24,010 nt of DNA from a virus (Duplodnaviria; Caudoviricetes), in IMG/VR virus record IMGVR_UViG_3300048837_001985, positions 1 to 24,010 of that record. One strand, given 5' to 3'. The position numbers were made by a program, and so were the translations under genes. The notes beneath the pieces were generated by a model that was not told the DNA's origin, did no database searches, and saw nothing but the letters and a program-made list of their open reading frames with translations. Positions 1 through 8,719 of this stretch are shown here, one piece after another. The first letter of the stretch is position 1; the number at the start of each line of letters is the position of its first letter.

Positions 1-2268
1 GGTGGCCGCCGCTTGTTGCAAGGGCGCGGCGGTGAAGAATTGCAGACGCTGGAAACCGAAGGCCAGATGCTGCAGCGCGTACTGCCCGAATTGATGGGGC
101 TGAAGAACATCCTCGCCATCAACGACGAGGCCCACCATTGCTACCGCGAGAAGCCACCCGGCGAGAGCGTTGAAGACACCGAAGAGCTCAAGGGCGATGA
201 CCGCAAGGAAGTCGAGGAGAACAATGAGGCGGCGCGCCTGTGGATTTCCGGCCTCGAGGCGGTGAACCGCAAGCTCGGTCTGTCGCGCGTGTTCGACCTT
301 TCCGCCACGCCGTTCTTCCTGCGCGGATCGGGCTACGCCGAAGGCACCTTGTTCCCCTGGACGATGAGCGACTTCTCGCTGATGGACGCCATCGAGTGCG
401 GCATCGTCAAACTGCCGCGCGTCCCCGTGGCCGACAACATCCCCGGCAACGAGTTTCCGGTCTACCGAGAACTGTGGAAGCACATCGGCAAGCGCATGCC
501 GAAGAAGGGTCGCGGCAAGGGCAATCGGCTCGACCCGCTGAGCCTGCCGGTGGAATTGCAGACCGCGCTGGAAGCGCTCTACGGTCATTACGCCAAGATT
601 TTCGAGCACTGGCAAAGCAGGGGCATCAAAGTACCGCCGTGCTTCATTGTGGTGTGCAACAACACCAGCACGTCCAAGCTCGTGTACGACTACATCTCCG
701 GCTTTCAGCAGGAGAACGACGACGGCACCAGCCAGTTGGTGGAAGGCCGTCTCAAGCTGTTCCAGAACCACGACGAACACGGCAATCCGCTCGCGCGGCC
801 GCGCACCTTGCTGGTGGACAGCAAGCAACTCGAATCGGGCGACGCGCTGGACGACAACTTTCGCGCCATCGCCAGCGACGAGATCGACCGCTTCCGCCGC
901 GAGATCGTCGAACGCACGGGCGACGCGCACGCTGCCGACAATCTCACGGATGCGGAACTGCTGCGCGAGGCGATGAACACCGTCGGCAAGGAAGGCCGCC
1001 TGGGCGACTCGGTGCGCTGCGTGGTTTCGGTGGCGATGCTCACCGAAGGCTGGGACGCCAACACCGTCACCCACGTGCTCGGTGTGCGCGCCTTCGGCAC
1101 ACAACTGCTGTGCGAACAGGTCGTGGGACGCGCGCTGCGCCGTCAGTCCTACGAACTCAACGCCGACGGCCTGTTCAACGTTGAATACGCCGACGTGCTG
1201 GGAATCCCCTTCAACTTCACCGCGCAGCCCGTGGTGATCCCGCCTGAACCGCCGGTAGAGATCATCCGCGTGCGCGCCGTTCGCCCGGAACGCGACGCGC
1301 TGGAGATCCGCTTCCCGCGCGTAGTGGGCTACCGGGTGGAATTGCCGCAGGACCGCCTTAGCGCCGAGTTCAACGACGACTCGGTCTTGGTACTCACGCC
1401 GGAACTGGTCGGGCCGTCACGCAACGTCCAGGCGGGCATCATCGGCGAGGCCATCGAGCTGAACTTGCAACACTTGGGCGACGTACGCCCCTCGACGGTG
1501 CTGATGCACCTCACCAAACACCTGCTCCTGAGCAAATGGCGGGACGTGGGTGACGCACCGCAGCTTCACTTGTTCGGGCAGCTGAAGCGCATCGTCAAGC
1601 AATGGCTGGACACTTGCCTCGTTTGCAAGGGTGGCACCTTCGCGGGTCAGTTGCTCTACCAGGAACTGGCCGACAAAGCCTGCGAACGCATCACTGCCGC
1701 CATCACCCGCGTGGAACTGAAGCAGGGCCGCCCGGTGAAGGCGGTGTTCGATCCCTACAACCCGGAAGGCTCAACCCGCCACGTTGCCTTCAACACCTCG
1801 CGTCAGGATCGTTACGAAACACTCGGCCCACCACCGAAGAACCACGTCAACTGGGTGATTCTCGACAGCGATTGGGAAGCCGAATTCTGCCGCGTGGCCG
1901 AAGCGCATCCGCGGGTGATTGCCTACACCAAGAACCACAACCTCGGCCTTGAGGTGCCGTACCGTTCTGGTTCCGAAACCCGCAAATACTTCCCCGACTT
2001 CATCGTCAAGGTCGACGATGGCCACGGCCCCGACGATCCCTTGCAGCTGATCGTCGAGGTGAAGGGTTACCGTCGCGAGGACGCGGTGCTGAAGAAGCTG
2101 ACGATGGACACCTACTGGGTGCCTGGCGTGAACTTTGCTGCCAAATACGGTCGCTGGGCCTTCGTCGAGTTCACCGACGTCTACGAGATGCAGGACGACT
2201 TTGCAGCCAAGGTCAAGGAGCACTTTGAACGCATGATCGACGCCGCCGCTTTGAGGAAGGACGCCTGA
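1..2268 (+). CDS. res: Type III restriction-modification endonuclease/helicase subunit (Res), 5'-truncated by the window edge
   Basis: Frame 1 is open from base 1. SF2 motifs are INDEAHH, LSATP, VAMLTEGWD and QVVGRALRR, with a C-terminal PD-(D/E)xK nuclease (PDFIVKV...VEVKG). Walker A is absent, so the start lies upstream of the window. The stop is followed after 1 nt by the methyltransferase ATG. Confidence 0.93.
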   Translation, partial: GGRRLLQGRGGEELQTLETEGQMLQRVLPELMGLKNILAINDEAHHCYREKPPGESVEDTEELKGDDRKEVEENNEAARLWISGLEAVNRKLGLSRVFDLSATPFFLRGSGYAEGTLFPWTMSDFSLMDAIECGIVKLPRVPVADNIPGNEFPVYRELWKHIGKRMPKKGRGKGNRLDPLSLPVELQTALEALYGHYAKIFEHWQSRGIKVPPCFIVVCNNTSTSKLVYDYISGFQQENDDGTSQLVEGRLKLFQNHDEHGNPLARPRTLLVDSKQLESGDALDDNFRAIASDEIDRFRREIVERTGDAHAADNLTDAELLREAMNTVGKEGRLGDSVRCVVSVAMLTEGWDANTVTHVLGVRAFGTQLLCEQVVGRALRRQSYELNADGLFNVEYADVLGIPFNFTAQPVVIPPEPPVEIIRVRAVRPERDALEIRFPRVVGYRVELPQDRLSAEFNDDSVLVLTPELVGPSRNVQAGIIGEAIELNLQHLGDVRPSTVLMHLTKHLLLSKWRDVGDAPQLHLFGQLKRIVKQWLDTCLVCKGGTFAGQLLYQELADKACERITAAITRVELKQGRPVKAVFDPYNPEGSTRHVAFNTSRQDRYETLGPPPKNHVNWVILDSDWEAEFCRVAEAHPRVIAYTKNHNLGLEVPYRSGSETRKYFPDFIVKVDDGHGPDDPLQLIVEVKGYRREDAVLKKLTMDTYWVPGVNFAAKYGRWAFVEFTDVYEMQDDFAAKVKEHFERMIDAAALRKDA

Positions 2269-2269
2269 G

Positions 2270-5062
2270 ATGGCCACCAGCAAGAAAACCCCGATCAGCG
2301 TCGAAGCGCTCAAGCACGATGAAGCCACGCGCAAGAACATCCCCACGGCGGAGTATCAAGCAGTGCTCGCCAAGGCCGAGCAGGCGCCGGTGCGCGTGGC
2401 GATGGAGCGGCGCAACCGCGATCTTGATCCGCAACTAGTTTGGCGTGGCAAGGACGGGCGGGAAGACGCCAGCCTCGTGGTGCAGGCCGCGCCGCTCTAC
2501 ATTCAGGAGAAGGTGCATCCGAAGGTGCTGGTGGACGACCTGAGTCGCCAAAGCGAGCGTCGGCGCGAGGCGCAGGCGCAGCAGCAGATGGGCGCGATGG
2601 TCGACCTGTTCGCCGACTTCAATGGCCTGCCCAGTGAGGCCGCACGCACCGAGTTCTACCAGCACGACGCGCACTGGGCCAACCGCTTCATCCTCGGCGA
2701 TTCGCTGCAGGTGATGGCGAGCCTCGCCGAGCGCGAGGGCTTACGCGGCAAGGTGCAGTGCATCTATTTCGATCCGCCGTACGGCATCAAGTTCAACAGC
2801 AATTTCCAGTGGTCCACCACCAGCCGCGACGTCAAGGACGGCAACGCTGATCACATCACTCGCGAACCCGAGCAGGTGAAGGCATTCCGCGACACCTGGC
2901 GCGACGGCATCCATTCCTACCTGACCTATCTGCGCGACCGGCTGACGGTGGCGCGGGAACTGTTGACGGACTCAGGTTCGATCTTCGTGCAGATCGGGGA
3001 TGAGAATTTGCATCGTGTAAGGGCGGTGATGGATGAGGTGTTTGGCGATGGGAACCTCTGCGCGCAGATCACCGTCGTAAAGACGGCGAGTCAATCGGCG
3101 GAACTCATAGCGGGAACCGCGGACTATGTGCTTTGGTTCGCGAAGAATCGCGATGACGTGAAGTTTCGGACCCCGCTCCTATCAAAAGGGCTCGATGCGG
3201 ATCGTTCAGGAGTCTATCGTTGGGTTCGACTTCCGGATGGATCGCAGCGTTCGCTCACTGATGAGGAGCGTTCGACACGGTCGACTGCCAACGTTTTTGC
3301 CGCTGATAACATCACATCTCAGCGGCCCCCAGGTAGCTTCCCTGTAACGCTCGGAAATCGAATCTTCGGGCCGGGCAAGGGATACTGGAAGACCGGTGAG
3401 TTAGGGATGGCTCGCTTGATCCGAGCCAACCGAGTTGCGCAAGCGACGAACAGCTTGAGATACGTCCGCTTTCTTGATGACTTTCGGGCCCAAGCCATCG
3501 GAAACGTCTGGACAGATACTGGGACGGGCAGTTTCACCGATGAGAAAATCTACGTTGTGCAAAGCGGGACCAAACTGGTCCAGCGTTGCCTTCTTATGGC
3601 TACAGATCCAGGAGACCTTGTTCTCGATCCGACGTGCGGCTCCGGTACCACCGCCTATGTCGCCGAGCAATGGGGCCGTCGCTGGATCACCATCGACACC
3701 TCGCGTGTGGCGCTCGCGCTGGCCCGCGCCCGCATCATGGGCGCGCGTTATCCGTTCTACCTGCTCGCCGACAGCCGCGAAGGCCAGCAGAAGGAAGCCG
3801 AACTCACGCGCACCGCGCCCAGCAGCAAGCCCACCCAGGGCAACCTCCGTCAGGGCTTTGTCTACGAGCGCGTGCCGCACATCACGCTCAAGTCCATCGC
3901 CAACAACGCCGAGATTGACGTCATCTGGGACAAGTTCCAGGCACTTCTGGAACCGCTGCGCGCTGCCTTGAACAAGGCAGTTGGCCGACAGTGGGAGGAT
4001 TGGGAAATCCCGCGGCAAGCGGACGCCAAGTGGTCGGACGCCGCCAAACAGGCGCATGCCGACTGGTGGCAGCAGCGCATCGCCCGCCAGAGGGAAATCG
4101 ACGCCTCGATTGCCGCCAAGGCCGATTCCGAGTTCCTGTACGACAAGCCCTATGAGGACAAGAAGAAGGTGCGCGTGGCCGGGCCGTTCACCGTGGAGAG
4201 CCTCTCACCCCACCGCGTCCTGGGTGTCGACGAAAACGACGAACTCATCGACCACGTTGCCGAAGCGCAAGCCAAGTACGGCCGCGACTTCAACGCCATC
4301 ATCCTGGAGAATCTGCGTACCGCGGGCGTGCAGCAGGCGCGCAAGGCCGACAAGATCGACTTCACCGCGCTTGCGCCGTGGCCGGGCGAACTGATCGGTG
4401 CCGAGGGGCGCTACCTCGAAGGCGCCGACGAACGCCGAGCCGCGATCTTCATCGGCCCGGAATTCGGCACCGTCACCCGCGTCGATCTCGCGGCCGCCGC
4501 GCGCGAGGCGGCTGAAGCCGACTTCGATGTGCTGATCGCCTGCGCCTTCGGTTTCGACGCGCACGCCAGCGAACTCGGCAAGCTCGGCCGCATCCGCGTG
4601 CTGCAGGCGCGCATGAACGCCGACCTGCACATGGCCGAGGATTTGAAGAACACTGGCAAAGGCAACTTGTTTGTGATCTTCGGCGAACCCGACATCACCC
4701 TGCTCGACGCCGGCGAGACCGGCGAGCCCGGTCAGTTGCGCGTCAAGGTGAACGGCGTCGACGTGTTCCACCCCAACAGCGGTGAGATCCGCAGCGACAG
4801 TGCCGATGGCATTGCCTGCTGGTTCATCGACACCGACTACAACGAGGAGAGCTTCTTCGTTCGACACGCCTACTTCCTAGGGGCGAACGACCCCTACAAG
4901 GCGTTGAAGACCACCCTGAAGGCGGAGATCGACGCCGATGCCTGGACCAGCCTCAACAGCGACACCTCGCGCCCCTTCGACAAGCCCACCTCCGGGCGCA
5001 TCGCGGTGAAAGTCATCAATCACCTGGGAGACGAGGTGATGAAGGTTTTCCGGGTGGTGTAG
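2270..5062 (+). CDS. mod: Type III RM DNA amino-methyltransferase (Mod), beta-class motif order, 930 aa
   Basis: NRFILGDSL, catalytic YFDPPY (DPPY at 2771-2782), GSIFVQIGDEN, then SAM-binding GDLVLDPTCGSGTT (about 3611-3652). Adjacent to res. Confidence 0.93.
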   Translation: MATSKKTPISVEALKHDEATRKNIPTAEYQAVLAKAEQAPVRVAMERRNRDLDPQLVWRGKDGREDASLVVQAAPLYIQEKVHPKVLVDDLSRQSERRREAQAQQQMGAMVDLFADFNGLPSEAARTEFYQHDAHWANRFILGDSLQVMASLAEREGLRGKVQCIYFDPPYGIKFNSNFQWSTTSRDVKDGNADHITREPEQVKAFRDTWRDGIHSYLTYLRDRLTVARELLTDSGSIFVQIGDENLHRVRAVMDEVFGDGNLCAQITVVKTASQSAELIAGTADYVLWFAKNRDDVKFRTPLLSKGLDADRSGVYRWVRLPDGSQRSLTDEERSTRSTANVFAADNITSQRPPGSFPVTLGNRIFGPGKGYWKTGELGMARLIRANRVAQATNSLRYVRFLDDFRAQAIGNVWTDTGTGSFTDEKIYVVQSGTKLVQRCLLMATDPGDLVLDPTCGSGTTAYVAEQWGRRWITIDTSRVALALARARIMGARYPFYLLADSREGQQKEAELTRTAPSSKPTQGNLRQGFVYERVPHITLKSIANNAEIDVIWDKFQALLEPLRAALNKAVGRQWEDWEIPRQADAKWSDAAKQAHADWWQQRIARQREIDASIAAKADSEFLYDKPYEDKKKVRVAGPFTVESLSPHRVLGVDENDELIDHVAEAQAKYGRDFNAIILENLRTAGVQQARKADKIDFTALAPWPGELIGAEGRYLEGADERRAAIFIGPEFGTVTRVDLAAAAREAAEADFDVLIACAFGFDAHASELGKLGRIRVLQARMNADLHMAEDLKNTGKGNLFVIFGEPDITLLDAGETGEPGQLRVKVNGVDVFHPNSGEIRSDSADGIACWFIDTDYNEESFFVRHAYFLGANDPYKALKTTLKAEIDADAWTSLNSDTSRPFDKPTSGRIAVKVINHLGDEVMKVFRVV

Positions 5063-5100
5063 CCTGTGATTCAAGAAGCCAGTTCGATGGCCAAAATCGC

Positions 5101-6201
5101 ATGAAGACGACCTTTTGCCAGCCCCGGTTCACTGGGCAACGGTTCGACGAGCACACACTGCCGGTGGAGGTGGCGCGTGACCTCGCGGCCTACGAGGCAT
5201 TGGTCATCGATCTGGCGAAGCACCTCTACAAGCTGGAAAACCCCAAACGCGAACGGGCACCCAAAGGCTTTGCGGCCAATTTCAGGCTGGATATTCAGGA
5301 GATCGGCGACGGCAGCACCAAGCCGCTGCTGGCGGTGGTGATGTCCGGCATGTTGGCGTTGTCCAACTCGGAGCCCAGCCATTTCGAGCGCGCACGCGAT
5401 CTGATCGCCGAATGTGTCGCCGCCCCGGAAGGCCGCTTGCCGGAGCATTTCCCGAAGGAACTGCTGAGCCACTTCAACCAGTTTGGCCGGTCTCTGCGCG
5501 ATGGCGAAGCCCTGGAATTGCCGTTAGCCACCTCCGGCAACGCCGTGCTGAACCCCGAGCGCCGCAAGAAGCTGGTGTTGGCCGCCAGCGAGGAATACGA
5601 ACGCGAAGTCGAATTGCAGGGTTATATCGGCGAGGTGGATTGGGAGAAGTCCACGTTCCGACTTCGGCTTGCCGACAACAGCACGATGGACGTTCCGTTG
5701 CTGCCATCCTTTCATGACGAAGCGCGCGCTTACGGTGGACGTTCGCGTCACTGGGTCATCGTCAAGGGCGTAGGAACCTTCAACGCATGGGACCGTCTAA
5801 AGCGCATCCTGTCCGCCGAATCGTCGGAAGTTGTGAAAAACGTCGTGATCGCCAATCGCCTCGATGAACTGGCGCAGCTCGCGCCGGGCTGGTTCGAGGG
5901 CGCGGGCTTGGCGCCGGACAAGGATCGGTTGTCGCAGTTTGCCGAGCAGTTGACCGCATCGTATCCCGACGGTCTGGTGCTGCCTGCCATCTTCCCCACG
6001 CAGGATGGCAACCTGCTGCTGGAGTGGGATGCGGTCGGCGATCCTTCACTGGATGTGCGGCTCGCCGACTTGTTGGCGAGCTATCACGCCTTCGATGACG
6101 ACGGCGCTGACATCGAGCGCGACTTCCGCTTGGACGGCGAACAGGGATGGAGCGAATTGCACGCTTTCCTGAGCGCCAACATCAGGAAGCGCCAGGCATG
6201 A
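5101..6201 (+). CDS. Hypothetical 366-aa multidomain protein (N-terminal G-x-R-F-x-x-H...GS domain, central OB-fold-like region, C-terminal GW...PxxDGxLxLEW domain); candidate antitoxin/sensor
   Basis: Long ORF with normal protein composition inside the operon. Its stop overlaps the next start (ATGA, 6198-6201). Domain reading is from sequence pattern only. Confidence 0.8.
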   Translation: MKTTFCQPRFTGQRFDEHTLPVEVARDLAAYEALVIDLAKHLYKLENPKRERAPKGFAANFRLDIQEIGDGSTKPLLAVVMSGMLALSNSEPSHFERARDLIAECVAAPEGRLPEHFPKELLSHFNQFGRSLRDGEALELPLATSGNAVLNPERRKKLVLAASEEYEREVELQGYIGEVDWEKSTFRLRLADNSTMDVPLLPSFHDEARAYGGRSRHWVIVKGVGTFNAWDRLKRILSAESSEVVKNVVIANRLDELAQLAPGWFEGAGLAPDKDRLSQFAEQLTASYPDGLVLPAIFPTQDGNLLLEWDAVGDPSLDVRLADLLASYHAFDDDGADIERDFRLDGEQGWSELHAFLSANIRKRQA

Positions 6202-6581
6202 ACGACGACACCCTGCTGCTGCGCCAGGTGCATCCGCAGTTCTTGAAGGACGATCAGCTCACCAGTCAGGCCTTCTTCCCGTTTCCGAAGGACAACGGGC
6301 GATTGTCGGTGTACGACGGCGATCAGATCTCGGCGGAAGCGTCATACCGCCACTACACCGAAGCTTTGGGCTTCCAGTCTCAAGGTGTTTGGGCCGTGTC
6401 CGGCGCAGAGAGCGCCGGCGTCGGTTTGGCGTATGTCCCCGATCCGCTGACGGAATCGCCCGCGCACGCAGTGATCGACTTTGGCCAGCGACCGGAGAAG
6501 GAATGTCGCAAGCTGGCCAAGCGACTGCGCGACCACGCGGTCCAGCGCGGCTGCCTGCATGCGGCAGGCGACGCAGCCTAG
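6198..6581 (+). CDS. Hypothetical 127-aa protein, possible ADP-ribosyltransferase-like toxin (R9, S37, H90)
   Basis: Start reassigned from 6147 to ATG 6198 (ATGA overlap, AGGAAG at 6184-6189). Motifs LLRQVHP, SQAF, GRLSV and DP-x5-AHAVI. The CDS is well supported; the function is inferred. Confidence 0.75.
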   Translation: MNDDTLLLRQVHPQFLKDDQLTSQAFFPFPKDNGRLSVYDGDQISAEASYRHYTEALGFQSQGVWAVSGAESAGVGLAYVPDPLTESPAHAVIDFGQRPEKECRKLAKRLRDHAVQRGCLHAAGDAA

Positions 6582-6584
6582 ACG

Positions 6585-8687
6585 ATGGACTTCCGCATCG
6601 CCGACACCTTCACCGATAGTCTCGCGCGGCTGACCGGCGACGAGCAAAAAGCCGTCAAGAGCACCGCCTTCGACTTGCAGCTCAATCCAGCCAGCCCTGG
6701 CATGAGCTTCCACAAGCTCGACCGTGCCAAGGACCCACGTTTCTGGTCAGTACGGGTTGGTACCGACCTCCGGCTGATGGTGCACAAGTCATCCAGAAGC
6801 CTGCTGTTGTGCTACGTCGATCACCACGACAAGGCCTACGCGTGGGCTGAACGACGGAAACTGGAAGTACACCCGACCACTGGAGCGGCGCAGTTCGTGG
6901 AGGTGCGTGAGCGCGTGGAGGAAATCCGCGTGCGGAAAGTGGTCGAGGTGGAAGCGCCGACGCCGCTACGCGCCGAATCCGCCAAGCGCACACCCAAGCC
7001 CCTGCTGTTCGCCCATACGCCAGAGCAGTTGCTGCTCGGTTTCGGTGTTCCGGCGGAATGGTTGGACGAAGTGCGCGGCGCGGACGAAGATTCGCTGCTC
7101 GATCTGGTCGACCATCTTCCCGCCGAGGCCGGCGAAGCCCTGCTGGAACTGGCGACCGGCGGCACGCCGAAGGTGGCACCGGTGGCGGTGGCCCCGAATG
7201 CCGATCCCTTCGAGCACCCCGACGCGCTGCGCCGCTTCCGTGTTGTTGCAAACGTGGAGGAACTGGAGCGCGCCTTCGAGGCGCCGTGGGAGAAGTGGAC
7301 GATCTTCCTGCACCCGGATCAGCGTCAGTTCGTCCAGCGCGACTACAACGGCCCGGCGCGCGTTTCCGGCTCGGCGGGCACCGGCAAGACCATCGTGGCC
7401 CTGCATCGTGCGGCCCACCTGGCGCGCGACAATGTCGATGCACGGGTGCTGTTGACGACATTTTCTGAAGGTCTTGCAACCGCACTGCGCGCGAAGCTGC
7501 GACACCTGATCAGCTCGGAGCCAAGGCTGGGCGAGCGCATCGAAGTCGCCGCGCTGGATGCCGTGGGCCTGCGGCTTTATGAGTCCAGTTTCGGCAAGGC
7601 TCGAATCGCGACCGTCGCCGATGTGAAGGCGCGACTGGCGAAGCATCGCGCGGGGGCATCCAGTTCGCGCTTCGGCGAGACGTTTCTGTTCGGCGAGTGG
7701 CAGCAGGTCGTCGATGCGTGGCAGTTGGAGACGTGGGAGGATTACCGAGACGTCAAGCGGCTGGGGCGCAAGACCCGATTGTCTGACGCACAGCGATCGA
7801 CGTTGTGGTCGGTGTTCGACGCAGTCCGTCAGGAACTGAAGGCCGAAGGACTGGTCTCGATGGCAGGCGTCTTCACGCGGCTGGCGAGCGAAATACCCAA
7901 GCGCAAGCATCCGCCTTTCGAGCATGTGGTGCTGGATGAGGCGCAAGACGTGTCGGTGGCCCAGTTGAAGTTTCTGGCCGCCCTGGGCGGCGCGCGCCCG
8001 AATGCGTTGTTCTTCGCAGGCGACCTGGGCCAGAGAATTTTCCAGACAGCGTTCTCGTGGAAGTCTCTCGGAGTGGATGTGCGCGGACGGTCCAGATCCC
8101 TAACCGTCAACTACCGCACTTCGCATCAGATTCGTGCGCAGGCGGACCGGCTGCTCGGTGAAGAGATCGCCGATGTGGATGGCAACACCGAGTCCCGCAA
8201 GGGCACGGTGTCAGTGTTCAACGGCCCCGCGCCCAGCGTCCGCGAGTTCAAATCGCATTCGCTGGAGATCGAAGGTGTCGGCGACTGGCTCAGGGCTCAA
8301 ACCGAGGGCCGACTGGCCCCGCATGAAATCGGCGTGTTCGTTCGCAGCGCCGCTGAACTGGATCGCGCCGAACAGGCGCTGCAACGCGCGGGGTTGCCCT
8401 TCGTCGTGCTGGACGAAAAACTGCAATCGGTGACCGGGAAGGCATCTGTCGCCACCATGCACTTCGCGAAGGGCCTGGAGTTCCGCGCTGTGGCGGTCAT
8501 GGCCTGCGACGACGAGGTCATCCCGCTGCAATCCCGCATCGAGGGCGTGAGCGACGAGAGCGATCTCGACGAGGTCTACGCCACGGAGCGGCATCTGCTC
8601 TATGTGGCTTGTACGCGGGCACGCGAGTTTTTGCATGTGTCCGGCGTCTCGCCAGCGTCAGAGTTCCTGGGGGACTTGAAGTCGTAG
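6585..8687 (+). CDS. SF1 (UvrD/Rep-like) helicase with N-terminal RelE/ParE-superfamily domain, 700 aa
   Basis: Helicase motifs GSAGTGKT, VLDEAQD, GDLGQRIF, NYRT, TMHFAKGLEF and ERHLLYVACTRA. The first ~90 aa (PGMSFHKL...WSVRV..DLRLMV...LLLCYVDHHDKAY) follow the RelE/HigB/YafQ pattern. Confidence 0.9.
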   Translation: MDFRIADTFTDSLARLTGDEQKAVKSTAFDLQLNPASPGMSFHKLDRAKDPRFWSVRVGTDLRLMVHKSSRSLLLCYVDHHDKAYAWAERRKLEVHPTTGAAQFVEVRERVEEIRVRKVVEVEAPTPLRAESAKRTPKPLLFAHTPEQLLLGFGVPAEWLDEVRGADEDSLLDLVDHLPAEAGEALLELATGGTPKVAPVAVAPNADPFEHPDALRRFRVVANVEELERAFEAPWEKWTIFLHPDQRQFVQRDYNGPARVSGSAGTGKTIVALHRAAHLARDNVDARVLLTTFSEGLATALRAKLRHLISSEPRLGERIEVAALDAVGLRLYESSFGKARIATVADVKARLAKHRAGASSSRFGETFLFGEWQQVVDAWQLETWEDYRDVKRLGRKTRLSDAQRSTLWSVFDAVRQELKAEGLVSMAGVFTRLASEIPKRKHPPFEHVVLDEAQDVSVAQLKFLAALGGARPNALFFAGDLGQRIFQTAFSWKSLGVDVRGRSRSLTVNYRTSHQIRAQADRLLGEEIADVDGNTESRKGTVSVFNGPAPSVREFKSHSLEIEGVGDWLRAQTEGRLAPHEIGVFVRSAAELDRAEQALQRAGLPFVVLDEKLQSVTGKASVATMHFAKGLEFRAVAVMACDDEVIPLQSRIEGVSDESDLDEVYATERHLLYVACTRAREFLHVSGVSPASEFLGDLKS

Positions 8688-8719
8688 TGCACCACAAACT
8701 GGCGCTCGACAAGCGTCGA

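Noticed and set aside
2270-5062. Phase-variable mod (phasevarion)
   Set aside because: No simple-sequence repeat tract is visible in or before the gene. The CAG run near 2579-2587 is only three in-frame codons.
6585-8687. Housekeeping uvrD/rep, or Gabija GajB
   Set aside because: It has an extra RelE-like N-terminus and an RM operon context, and no adjacent OLD-family nuclease (GajA) is present.
8706-8719. TCGAC-AAGC-GTCGA hairpin as a bidirectional terminator or att core
   Set aside because: Only a 5-bp stem with no U-tract on either strand, and no second copy noticed in the window.
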